Positions 14,215-26,075 of a stretch of 64,000 nt of DNA are shown here, piece after piece. The position numbers were made by a program, and so were the translations under genes. The notes below the pieces were generated by a model. That model had not been told where the DNA came from, did no database searches, and worked only from the letters and a program-made list of their open reading frames with translations. Numbering within the stretch: position 1 is the stretch's first letter; every line of letters starts with the position of its first letter. Origin of the DNA: Octopus vulgaris (lineage: Eukaryota); contig OX597816.1 of the NCBI GenBank assembly GCA_951406725.2, forward strand, positions 82,026,001 to 82,090,000, in the 5' to 3' direction.

Positions 14215-15060
14215 AAATGAGACAACAAACCCAAGGCTGTGTGGAATTTTCAGGACATTTTTAGAGAGAAAGTTAGTCTTACAGCTGTTTCTGGAATATT
14301 AGGGATATCCCTTCATCAGAGACCATGTGAGATCGTTAAATAGAGGGAAATAGTATAGTTTAAAATAAGGAGTTATTTTGAAAAAGGATGGAAATAAGAA
14401 GTTTAAAGGGAAATAAGAGAATAAAAGTAAAAATAAAAATATACGTAGGATGTTATAGTTGCAGTTCCATTATTCAAAGAAAGTTGTGTGTAGAAGTGGT
14501 AGAAATGCATCTTGCTCATCGTATATAAATTCCGATAGGAGTTCATATTTTCTCATTACAAATGGAAAGTGTTGAGAAGTAGACTCTATATACTGTTCAT
14601 TCAAAGGGTCTTGTGTGAATGAAACTATGAGAATTTAGTGGTAGTATAAGTAGATAGAGTGGAGAGAAAAATATGTGCATGTTAAAATGAGGAGGATAGG
14701 TGAGGAAAGAAGAAAGAAAAAAGTGCAAGGGAAAAGAAAAAAAATGAAAAGAGAGCATTAGTTGGTGGTCAAGATATTATGAGCGGGCGGGAAAGGAGTA
14801 GGGGGGATTAAGAAAAGATAAGAATATAAGGAATGAATATGAGTGGGGAGTGAGAGGTGGGGATTATGTTTGAAAGGCACTAAGGTGGAGTGATAGGCAC
14901 ATAAAATGGTACAGTGGGGGTTATCAAAGTGAGTAGTAAACCTTAAAAAGGAAGGGAAGAATAATAAGATATAATGGTCAAGTTTCTAAAAATAGACAGA
15001 TGGGTTTATTGTAGTGGGTAAATGTGATAGTGGGGGATGAAGAATCAGAGAGAGAAAGAA
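14215..15060 (-). mobile_element. About 0.85-kb non-coding PLE-LTR-like element with terminal hammerhead
   Basis: Diverged reverse-complement homolog of about 40810-41665. Confidence 0.7.
14276..14323 (-). ncRNA. Minimal hammerhead motif, intact core
   Basis: RC: gtct CTGATGA a gggatat cccta atattcc a GAAA CAGCTG TA agac. Confidence 0.8.
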
Positions 15061-15179
15061 AGAAGTGTATATTGATATACGTACGCACACACACACATAC
15101 ATATACGTGTGTATATTAACTATTATATAGGCTCGCATACTTATGTACTTAAACCCATACGCATATATGCATATATATA

Positions 15180-15238
<59 letters not shown>

Positions 15239-15325
15239 ATCGTTTTCAGAAAAACATAAATTTGGAGATGACGCACACTCTAAGAAGTAGAGTAGTCTAT
15301 ATTTTTCCTAGTAAAGGCCGGTTTA

Positions 15326-15387
15326 TGGGGTTAACTGGGTTTCCCGTCCATAAAAAGTTTAAGTTTATGGCATATCCTCAGACCCCA
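15326..15387 (-). ncRNA. Partly degenerate hammerhead in the 3' region of a PLE
   Basis: RC: tggggt CTGAGGA tatg ccataaa..tttatgg acgg GAAA cccagt TA acccca; 6-bp stem I, imperfect stems II and III. Confidence 0.6.
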
Positions 15388-15499
15388 AGATCTGTTGGCC
15401 TGTGACATCTTTAATATATGGAGGGGAGAAGTCTGAATTAGCTCCCTTTGCCAATGACTATCGATTTCCGACCGTATTGCCATCGTTCAGCTGTGAGGG

Positions 15500-15850
15500 C
15501 AAACAATGGCGGATTATCTCCCACTCCCCAAAAGGCCAGCAGATGCAAACATGGCCCGAAAATCTTCGTTCTGGAGTTAAGTATAGCTCCTGGCTCGAGT
15601 GAGTCCCTTAGGATTCTCGTGCATTCGGATGTGCATAGCTTGCAGCGTTTCGTCCCGTTAATGTAGGGGCTTGGGTTTTCGAGGATTTTCCATGAGATCG
15701 AGTGTGGAACTCCGTCGTCTTTTAGTTGCCAAACGTGGCTGACCAGCGATGTTGCATATCTCCTTTTCGGGACTGTGAAGGAGGATCGATGGTGGGTAAA
15801 ACGTTTCTTGAATGAATTTCCGATACAACCAATAGATTATCGTGGACGCT
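15500..15850 (-). mobile_element. Penelope-like element GIY-YIG endonuclease C-terminal fragment
   Basis: Hand translation: GCIGNSFKKRFTHHRSSF...SLVSHVWQLKDDGVPHSISWKILENPSPYINGTKRCKLCTSE...LNSRTKIFGPCLH. Confidence 0.8.
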
Positions 15851-15864
15851 CGGTGTCGGTTCTG

Positions 15865-16170
15865 TACCTATTATTGTTGTTGTTGTTGTTGCCAATGTTG
15901 CTGCTGTTGTTGTGCTGCTGCTGTTGATGTAGTTGTAGCTGCCGATGTTGTTGTTGCTGTTGCTGCTGCTGCTGTTGACGCTGTGAACGATGTTGGTGTT
16001 GCTGCTGTTGTTGATGTTGTTGCTGTCGTTGCTGTCGCCGAAAATGTTGTTGTTGTTGTTGATGCTGCTGATGCTCATGCTGGTGATGCTGCTGATGATG
16101 TTGGACGCAACCACCACCTCCAGCGGCAGCACCACCAACAGCAGCCCCGGTACCAACACCAGCAGCCCAA
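15865..16170. repeat. Degenerate (TGT/TGC)n trinucleotide low-complexity tract
   Basis: Direct inspection; produces spurious poly-L/V/N ORFs. Confidence 0.9.
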
Positions 16171-16414
16171 TCTTGGGGTTAGTAGCCACCGCTCTTAATC
16201 ACTACGCCACATGGCGGAGTGGTTAACAAACAAGATGAGGACAAATATCTGTCAAATGTAAATAATATACGTTATGTGAACGATAATAATTTGAAAACAA
16301 GTGTTTAATATTTAATTTCATACATACAATTGTGTGTGTATGATAGAGAGAGAGAGAGAGAGAGAAAGAAAGAAAGAAAGAGAGAGAAACGGAGAGAGAG
16401 AGAGAAGGAGAGAG

Positions 16415-17620
16415 TATTTCTTTATTCACCATAAGGTTGAGAAAAAGAGGGGACAAAACAAACGTTGGAGTCAGGGTATCGAATGAGACGAAACATATGA
16501 ATAAACAAACAATTAAAATACATACAATTAAATGAGAATGAGTGAATAACAAAAAATGAAGCGGAGGACGTGGTTGACCCCACAAACCACATACTCACAC
16601 TGAAGACTTTGCTTTCTCCTTTTTCACATTCTTGATTAAACAGGTTCTTTCACTCGCAACATACTTGCTATAGACTTCCATCTTTTACGAAACACACTTT
16701 GCGACAGGCATTTCTTCTCCAGCCTTATTTTCCGTTTCATGTGGAAAACGAAAAAGTCGATTAGCTCGAGACTGGAGATAAACATGCCTGTTGCAATTCC
16801 TTTTACTCTCGTCTTCCACACTACTTCTTTCGCCATAGCAACTACCGAGAGAAAACAGGCTCGCTCCTCCCTATTCAGGGAGGTCGGCGGAACTATCTTC
16901 ATTACAGATTCGCTCGACAGTTGTACTCTTCTCGAATGCGACAGCAGGTGTTCGACATAAGCCCAGAGTTCAGTCACCTTGGGGCATTGCACAATCGCGT
17001 GCAGGACAGTTTCACTGTCCCTCTCACATCTTGCACAAACCGGCGAAGGTGCACACCCATGTCTAAAGAGCTTATCTCGAACCGGTAAAGCTCCTCTGTA
17101 ACATTGCCAGGCCAGGGACTTTTGGTAATTATCCATAGGCCCCGGACCGAATGTTCTTTGGAACAGGCTGGCCAGTTGATTTTCGTCGAAGCCCAGAGTT
17201 TCTCCTAGGACGTCGTCACACTTAAACTCTACTAACCCTCTATAGAAGAACGAGGTAGTACCCCCGCCACCGGCGTTGCCCGACTGGGAGAGAAGCACGA
17301 GTGCCTGATAGCACTCTGCATGCCACATGCCCAACCTCGGTCTACACTTGATCCATGGGTTCAGTTCGTTAAACGATGTGGAAATAACAGCTTGACGAAC
17401 GGAGACCACACCCGCTCACCGTCCAGGTAAATCCAGAGGTGCATAAGCCTGAGTGCATGTCTGCGCATTTTTAGCCACGGCATCCCTAACCCACCCTTCA
17501 GCGGCTTTTGGCAGCAAATAGAGCGCCTTACAAGAGGTCTGCTGCCCCTCCACAAAAAGCGAAAGAGCATGCGTTCCAGTTTGTTCAGCCACAAATCGGG
17601 GCAAGGCACGACGGTCAGGT
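16415..17620 (-). mobile_element. 5'-truncated L1/Tx1-clade LINE inserted in a (GA)n/(TC)n tract
   Basis: ORF2 C-terminus FRFLWRG...GGLGMP...CARCERDSETVLHAIVQC (CCHC finger); 16-bp TSD agagagaaggagagag at 16399-16414 and 17621-17636. Confidence 0.9.
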
Positions 17621-18214
17621 AGAGAGAAGGAGAGAGAGAGAGAGAAACTGATAAAGAAAATATAATTTACGATAAAAAAATGTTTATTTGAATTACAATA
17701 TCACCGTCTTCGGAGCAAAGCCATTAAATGCTGTCGCCTGCCTTGGCGTCTGCCACTGTCACCAACTCCCACTCCTTGTGTTGTTTTACTCTTCTTTCCC
17801 CACAAGCATGACCGACAGGTCACACTGCGTTTCAGTATATGTAAGATATATATACTCTTCTCTGATCGTTATGAGTGTGCAAGTGTGCCCTTCAAATGCA
17901 AACGATACACTTGTCAGACATCTATAGATATATATTTCTTTTACAAAATATCGTAGAATACAAAGTAATATCAAACCAGTTTCGTTCGACAACTTTATGA
18001 CTCAAACATTATACACTCCTAGAAATAAATACTAGACCGGGCGCAAAGGCATTTGATGTAATAAGCCGGGAGATATAAGTATTTATGCAAAACACGGCGT
18101 ATATTAAAAGACGTAACACTGGTACACAGATTTAAAGTAGCTAAATTGTTTTTAAACTAAAAATTAAAAAAACGATAGGTTAACTAATTTAGATACTTTA
18201 TGCGCGCGCGCGTG

Positions 18215-18295
18215 TGATTCGGCTATTCCGGTAGCCTGAGGAGACAGGCTCCGTCAGGGACCTGCAAAACTTGAAGTAGCACGGAATCCGAATCA
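18215..18295 (+). ncRNA. Hammerhead motif with extended bulged stem I; G12 mutated to A
   Basis: tgattcgg.attccg.t.gc CTGAGGA gacagg..cctgc AAAA CTTGAAG TA gcacggaatccgaatca. Confidence 0.65.
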
Positions 18296-18339
18296 AACTT
18301 TTTTGCTGTGTAGTGCCCTTTTCTTTTGTTTCTCTATTC

Positions 18340-18403
<64 letters not shown>

Positions 18404-18404
18404 T

Positions 18405-20810
18405 GGCTGTCTACTCATTATGCAGTGTCTGACCTATACCTTTTATCTATCATGGCGTCTGATATGGCTTTTAAAACCAGACACTGTATTGAAAAGGCAC
18501 CCATATATATTGCATATCTGATTTGGACTACAAGAGCTGCAGTTAAGCTCTGATCTTTGTGGATCTTGAAATGTCTTTTAAGGCCTCCGTTAGATTTGCA
18601 GATCTTATTGCATATATAGCATTGAAAGGTGTGCACAGGCATATAAGTAGAATAGTCGGTGGAGGTCCGTTTTTCATGGGTCCGCAAATGAGATTTGAAC
18701 CCAGCAAAAGAAAGGAATGGTCTGTCACAATCTGTGCACACAAAAAGGTCATTGTGATTCACCTTCTCGATCGTAACATTCTTCTTTAAATCTCTCTTGA
18801 GTCGTGAATGCGTTATCCTGGCCTCTTCAAACGCTTTCACTCTACTCCACACTTTTGTTCGTCATCCAGCTCGATCCGAAGCAAGACTTTCTATGTCCAT
18901 TCCAAGTGACTTCATGGTGGTCCTTATGCCGTCCTTAAACCTCTTTTTAGGTTTACACTGATAGCGTTTCCCCTCCGCTAACTCACCACAAAACAGCTGT
19001 TTGTGTATGCGTTCACCCGCCATTCGAAAAAATATGGCCAGACCATCTTATTGGGTTTTTCAGAATCATTGCTATAATTAAAGCGCTTATGAATAGAATC
19101 GGTGTCAGTCAGAAGCAAACGTCCATTTGCTGTTCTCACTGAGGCTATTGAATAAGATTTGGGGCCATATACCTCCTTAACATAAGAGTACAAACCCATG
19201 GCGTCATTTCTATCAGCTGCTTATTGTTCCCCTTTTGCTCTATCATTCCACCATTCCTATTTAATTTTCCTGAGAGCAGTTTGCACTTCCCCTTTCAGCT
19301 TTCTGAGTTGAGAAACAAGTGTGTTATCTAAGTTTTGTTTTTCTAAAAGCAGATCGTGAATTTCTGCTGATTTGTCAGAAAACCAGTCACTGGACTTATG
19401 TAATTTAAATCCCACTGACGAACTTGCAGCCTGAAATACTTTTGTTTTGAAACCTTACCATAAATTGCTTGGGTTAAGATTGATACTAACTATAGCATCT
19501 TTGCAAGTTGTTTGATAATTTGAAGTTTGCAACATTTATTATTTTTTTGTACCTTAGGACCATACAATCGACTTTTAAGCATTATCGAGAAATCTATTTT
19601 CCCACACACTAGACGGACGATGGTCAGTCCAGCTCTTTGCTCCTCTCACGGCCCAAACATTAGAAACACCTTTCATATCACGCTTTCTGACCAAAATATA
19701 ATCTATGAGATGCCAGTCCTTAGATCTTGTGGGCATCCAGGTAGTTTTATATTTATTTTTCTGCTTAAACAGAGTGTTGGTAACAACTAGATTACTCTCA
19801 GTACAAAACGTCAAAAGAGCTACTCCATTTTTATTACATTTTTCTATCCCATGTCGGTCTAAAACAGGCCATGAAACGTACTCATTTCCAACTCTTGCGT
19901 TGAAATCTTCCAATATGACCAGCTTGTCAGAAATTGGTACTTTTCTCAATAAATCTGCTAGATTGTCATAAAACTGTCCTACAGTTTCATCAGAATGGGA
20001 CATTGCTGGTGCATAAGTACTGACAACGGTAAGAAACCTACCTTTTATCAGTTTTATGCTGCATGACATGGTTCGTTCAGATATACCACTTGGAAATTCT
20101 GCAATGGAGGATACTAATGCATTCCTGAGAGCAAACCCAACACCAGATTCCCTACGCTGACCGTCAGAAGATAGTATATCCATAAGTAGGTTAATTTGTT
20201 TGACCCTCACCAGAGAGACGAATTTCTGGCCTCTTGTTGAAATTATCATCAAGGAGTGTGCGCACACTCCAACAGCAAAAATTCAGATGATGTTTATTTT
20301 TACTTCTTCTTGAAGATTGTTTGTCCACAGTGGCAGGATGACGACCGGGCCCAGCCTGTAACACATTGGGGCACCTGCTGAGCCTGGCCTGTTCCCCTGA
20401 CGTTCTCACCCTTTTTTGTTATTTACTGAATCTGTTTGAGACATTTTAGAGTAAGTTACAAGTGCATTTTTAGGTTTCTGCCAACCAATTCAATGATTTT
20501 ACTAAGATTTAGTGTACAGGAAGTACCTGTGCAGATGAATAATTTTCAGTAGGTGTAGCTTGCACTGCACTACCCTCACCTATTGGCCCAAGAAGACTTT
20601 TGCCGGTATGTCGTGAAAATTGACAAAACCTGGAACTTCCAAGACATCAGGATTTATTTTGGAGATTTCCTTCTCCTAGGTAGATTACCAACCAAGGTTA
20701 AAGAGCTTCTACCTGCCCACGAGGTAAGCTATCTCGTTCCAGACTCCAAACTGACACCCAAATGCTCTATAAAGTGATCAAATATCATTCCGGTGTCCGA
20801 CACGGAGCAA
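18405..20810 (-). mobile_element. Internally deleted RTE-clade LINE
   Basis: APE domain (SGVGFA, YAP, DFNARVG, HLIDY, WTDHR), post-RT WSGHI..KQLFCGEL..KKRFKD, and C2H2 fingers; RT core largely missing. Confidence 0.88.
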
Positions 20811-21073
20811 CTCATTCATACATAAAAAAAATGTAAGACGTGATTTAAAAATATAAATAAGATTTAAATATCAATAATATATATAAAAGCAAAAATATAC
20901 ATATATATACATATAAGAATATATATAAAAAAATAATATGTATATATTTACACATATTTGTTGATGGCCGTTGACTGCTCATGAGTTCCTTCGCCCTTTG
21001 ACGGGTCTTATTTTTCATCCCGCAGGATGTCCAACAACCACCCTCCTCACCAAGCAAGCCTGATAGGGTTGCC

Positions 21074-21108
<35 letters not shown>

Positions 21109-21594
21109 TGTATGTATGTATGTATGTATGTATGTATGTATGTATGTATGTATGTATGTACGTATGTATGTATGTATGTATGTATGCATGCATGTATATG
21201 TATATGTCTATATATTGAGAAAAAGGAGGCAGTCAGAATTTTGAATAATTTTTTATTAGCGCTTTCGTTCATTTATCGAACTCGTCAAGACAAAGTAAAT
21301 GCCAAAATGATAAAAACAGAACGTTTCCTTGTTCTTTAATGTGAATCGAATATATTTTGCTTTGTTTAGAAGGGGAGGAAAATATTTTTGTTGGGGGGGG
21401 GGGGCGGAAAGAGAGAAAGAAAAGCAAAGAGGGGGAAAATAGACAAGGAGAGAGAGGTTTCTTTTCAATTATACTGTTTGTTTTGGAGACAAGCGAGGAA
21501 GAAGAAAATTTTTTGGGAGCAGGACAATCAAGAAAGAGGAAGAAAAGTAAAGGGTGGGGAAAGATAGAGAGAGAAAGAGAGAGAGTGTGTGTGC

Positions 21595-21647
<53 letters not shown>

Positions 21648-22020
21648 CAAATTTTAGATGAATTCAAATACGCCAGGGATATATTTATTCTGTAAAAACA
21701 TATTTTCTCTGCGGTATACCACAAAAAAAAATTCTCGCTTTAGGCAAATGTGTTAAAAACACCAAACTCAGTTCAGAGTGTTCCCTATCGACTGGCAGAT
21801 GTATTTTGAGTTTTTTGTTATTTTCAGTACGAGATAACAAGTGAGTTAACCCTAATCTAATTGGAAGGCTGAGTTCTCTAAAAAGAAATCTATAAAGGAC
21901 AGCTATAGACCTCACGCGTCTGCCGCCAGGCTGGGAAAGAACATATGGATTGCGCACAAAGCGGTGCTGCAAAATAAATACACTTTAGATCAGTTTAAAT
22001 ATATTTGGGAGATATTTGAC

Positions 22021-22715
22021 CAGTGGCGGCTCGTAAATAAAATTAGTTGGGGTGCTGCTTCAGAAAATTTTTAGCCGTTGTTTTAATATTGTGTAAAAGG
22101 AAATAAACATAAAAAGAAAATTTATACATAAACTTGATCGGTTCGCGTTTTAGCCACTGCCGAATAGTGTGTTTAATGTGTTCACTGAACACCGCCGCGT
22201 ATTCCGTCTTGGTTTTCAAAAATCACCCTAAATTACAAAGTTACAAAATAGTGGTGGGGAGTCCCAATTTTCAAATCCTGGCAGCAACACTGGAAGTAAG
22301 ATAGTAATCTATCTTTATCACATTCAATAATATAAACACGTTTTTAAACAAAACACATGCAGAGTCAAAATAAAACACTAGCTTTCACCAGCACACTAGG
22401 GCCGGCACTGCGTGAACGACAGGGCTCTCTCTCCCTAGTGTGAAGCTTCCTATCTCGGACATATGAGCATGCGTACAACAGCCAAACACCGCGTCGCTGG
22501 AACTGTGAAGCGCACAGTTCTATACAAGGATTTTTGTATTTTTCTTTCATAAACTAGGAGATGGCTACTGACATTAAGCTTAAGGATTATATAATGTACA
22601 AGTATAAAGAAAGAATTAAAGTAAAAAGGATTCGTTATATTGAATGTTATCGATAATATAGAGTGGAAATAGGTGGTGCTGCAGTTCCGCAGTTCCTATA
22701 CACAAGCTACCATTG
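22021..22715. mobile_element. Non-autonomous hAT-type element
   Basis: CAGTGGCGGCTCGT / ACAAGCTACCATTG degenerate TIRs; 8-bp TSD tatttgac at 22013-22020 and 22716-22723. Confidence 0.85.
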
Positions 22716-23016
22716 TATTTGACCGAAGTTTCGTTTTCTCTTCAGGTATATACATATATGCATGCGTACATGCTTACAAACATACATACATACATACATA
22801 CATACATACATACATACATACATACATACATACATACATACAGCACTGACACACATATGTATATATATATATATAAATGGAGTTTAACGCAGGTATAATT
22901 CAAATACTTTTACTTCCGAAACGTGAGATTTTTTGCTACCCAGGTAACTATTTATCTATTTTTCCCTTGTTAATTGTTAACAAGGGAAAATACACTCATA
23001 TATATATATACATACA

Positions 23017-23103
<87 letters not shown>

Positions 23104-23110
<7 letters not shown>

Positions 23111-23211
23111 GATGGTTTGTTGCCAACGGTGTTTCTTCGGGCTAAATAGCAGTATCATTCTTCCCTTTCCTGGGACTGTCACATTAAGTTGGCAACAAAC
23201 CATCACTTTAT
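23104..23211. repeat. 24-bp inverted repeat next to (TA)n
   Basis: ataaagtgatggtttgttgccaac ... gttggcaacaaaccatcactttat. Confidence 0.9.
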
Positions 23212-23258
23212 CGTGCTGCTATTGTATAAGTCGCTCTGAGAGATTTAGGAATGTAATA

Positions 23259-23318
<60 letters not shown>

Positions 23319-23328
23319 GCATATATGT

Positions 23329-23675
23329 GATCGTTATAGTAAAATATAATTTGCAGAACTATACTCGAGACGTCCGCATGAGATTGAACATGCATATAGT
23401 TTTATCAATTACATTTGGGGTTATATTTCAAAAGGCTTCGATTTGGCGCGCCAAAATACCGGAAATAATTCTGCAGAAAATAATTCTCTGCAGTGAGAAT
23501 TGAATATTATTTTGCCGAGAATTATTTTCTGCAGAATTATTTCCGGTATTTTGGCGCGCCAAAACGAAGACTTTTGAACTATAGCCCCAATTGTAATTGG
23601 TAGAACTATATGCATTTCAATCTCATGCGGACGTTCCGTGTATAGTTCTGCAAATTATATTTTGCTATGACGATC
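23329..23675. mobile_element. Fully palindromic MITE or foldback element (about 347 bp)
   Basis: About 160-bp imperfect arms around a central spacer near 23490-23515; no TSD resolved. Confidence 0.8.
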
Positions 23676-24458
23676 TAACTGATGTAATGCAGGACATTTA
23701 TGTAAGTATTACGTAAATGGTAACAATGAAACCGGGTTTGTGATTAATCTTTATATTTTGTATCTTGTCATTTGTCTTGCTCGCTTACGTTCTGACGTTT
23801 GCTGAATTTTCTTGAGAACAATCTTTTCATAGTGGTCAGACCATATGGGGTCTACCTCTAGCATAATAGATGTCCACTAGTGGTCTTCCCTCTTATATGT
23901 ATGTAATATGATTTTTCTGAATCTTCAGATTTTTCAATATGCTAGGCCACTGGTTTTAAATTGATATTAATCAAATTAATATTCAATTTTTCACCCTTAT
24001 TATTTAAATATATATATATATATATAAGGAAAGAGAGAGGAGAGAAGGGGAAGAGACAAAGGGAGGAAAAGAAAGCAAGTGTTAGCGGAGGAGAGCCAGT
24101 GACGTGAACCTGTACACGAACGTGCGACCTAAATCTCTTTCAGATAGCACACAACCGTTTTAATAAAGAAAGAACACTTTGGCTAGTTTAACCCTAGATA
24201 TACAAATAAGAAATGAAAGGATATGATCACAGTGGGAACATCTTCAAGCGTACAGTTGATCAAATCTGATTGAAACTAAACAACAACAGTTTGTATATAG
24301 AAACATGTATGTTTGAAAAACATTAAAACATGGTCTCCCTTATGTGAACATATGCCATCATACAGACATAGAGGCAGAGAAAGAGAAGTTGGGGATATAC
24401 GTACGCATACGAATGTATACAAACACATATATACAGACGTACACACATATACATATAT

Positions 24459-25157
24459 TACTTGATTTCGAGCCGGGTCGTCTGCTGCTGGAGAGGACCG
24501 ACCAGGTAAAGGACCTGGGTATCTTGGTGGATTCTTCCTTTTCGCCTTCGGCCCAGTGCGTCCATGCTGCCAATAAAGCACGCGGAATTCTGTTTTTGAT
24601 TCGACGGTCATTCGGAATGCTCACAGCAGCCATATTCCTACCGCTCTATGTCACGCTGGTGAGACCCATATTGGAGTGCGGGATTCAAGCCTCTTCTCCT
24701 TATCTTCTCAAAGACATACATAATCTCGAAAGAGTCCAGAAGCTGGCTACCCGCATGGTTCTTGGTCTCAAGCATTTGTCTTATGAAGAAAGGCTGAAGA
24801 CGCTCGACCTTTATTCTCTAGAAAAACGACGACGCCGTGGTAATCTCAATCTTGCTCACAACATCATAAGCGGAAAGTGTAACCTTTCGAAAGAACTGTT
24901 CTTCACTCCTGCTCCAGAGCGTCTGCTGCGGGGTCACTCCGAAAAGCTCTATCTGTGACGATTTCATCTCAATCGAAGGAGGGGTGCTTTCTCCGTCTGA
25001 GTTGCGGATCCGTGGAATAAAGTGCCGGACGAGATAGTGAAGATGGCCTGAACTCTTTGCATGAACACCCTCCCTGTACATAACTCCATGTCCCCCTACA
25101 TGGCCTTGCTTTTTGCTTTTTCAGCCAAAAAATTAACTTAACTTAACTTAACTTAAC
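24459..25157 (+). mobile_element. CR1-clade LINE 3' fragment with (TTAAC)n tail
   Basis: KDLGILVD...LYVTLVRPILE...LERVQKLATRMV.GLKHLSYEERLKTLDLYSLEKRR.RG..RGHS; pentanucleotide tail. Confidence 0.9.
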
Positions 25158-25388
25158 TATATATAAATACCTGTGTGCGTGCGTGCGTGCGTGCGTGCGT
25201 GCGCGCGCGCGTGTTTATAGACACGATTTGCAGTCTCACCGAGATCGATTTTACTGTGCATTTTCCCGAAATAAAATTAAATATAATCGACTGTCCTTTG
25301 CTCCCAACAATCAATAAAGCTGATCACCAGTTTATGAAAAACTTCTGATCATAAAACGGTCAGGTAGATGAGGCTCTTTATAACTTAT

Positions 25389-25430
<42 letters not shown>

Positions 25431-26075
25431 CTATTTATATTGATGATATGGTTAACTGACACAAGTACAAGCACATAATTTTAGAAAGAGGTATGGGTCA
25501 ATTAAATCGCCTCCAATGCCTTTATTTATCGACCCAAGAAGAATTAAAAAGCAAAGTGAAGCTCAGTCGGATTTGAATTCATAGAGACTGATCGAATACT
25601 GGAAAAAAAAACCCAGCCTGACAAACGTCCAAACAATTCCTCTTGTCTACCATCCTAACTATATAATATATAATATAATCTTTAGCCCCTTGTGGGCAAT
25701 AAAGAAATATATGTAATATATATAATCATATGTAGAGAGGAAATGACCGAGTAGATAAGATGGATATTTATAACCAGCTCTTTGATGGTGAATTCATATC
25801 TGATATATATATTTAAGTCAGTTAAGACAAACTTTTCATGTAGCTCAGTACAAATGGCTGTTAGGAATGTTACTGGAAATTGAATGGGTAGTAGGAATTT
25901 TTATTTGTGATTGACTAGTATAAGATATTAGGAAAGGTGTTGAACTGAGGTATTACAGGAACCTTTGTATTTAATTATAAAGTTAACTTTTAAAATCTCT
26001 ACAATGAAGTTGTTAAATGCATTTTTTACATTTTTACTATATATTATTTTTTTATTTCTTATTTTATTTTTACAG

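Noticed and set aside
18418-18852. C2H2 zinc-finger host gene
   Set aside because: It is the C-terminus of the RTE element, repeated at 50360-50590
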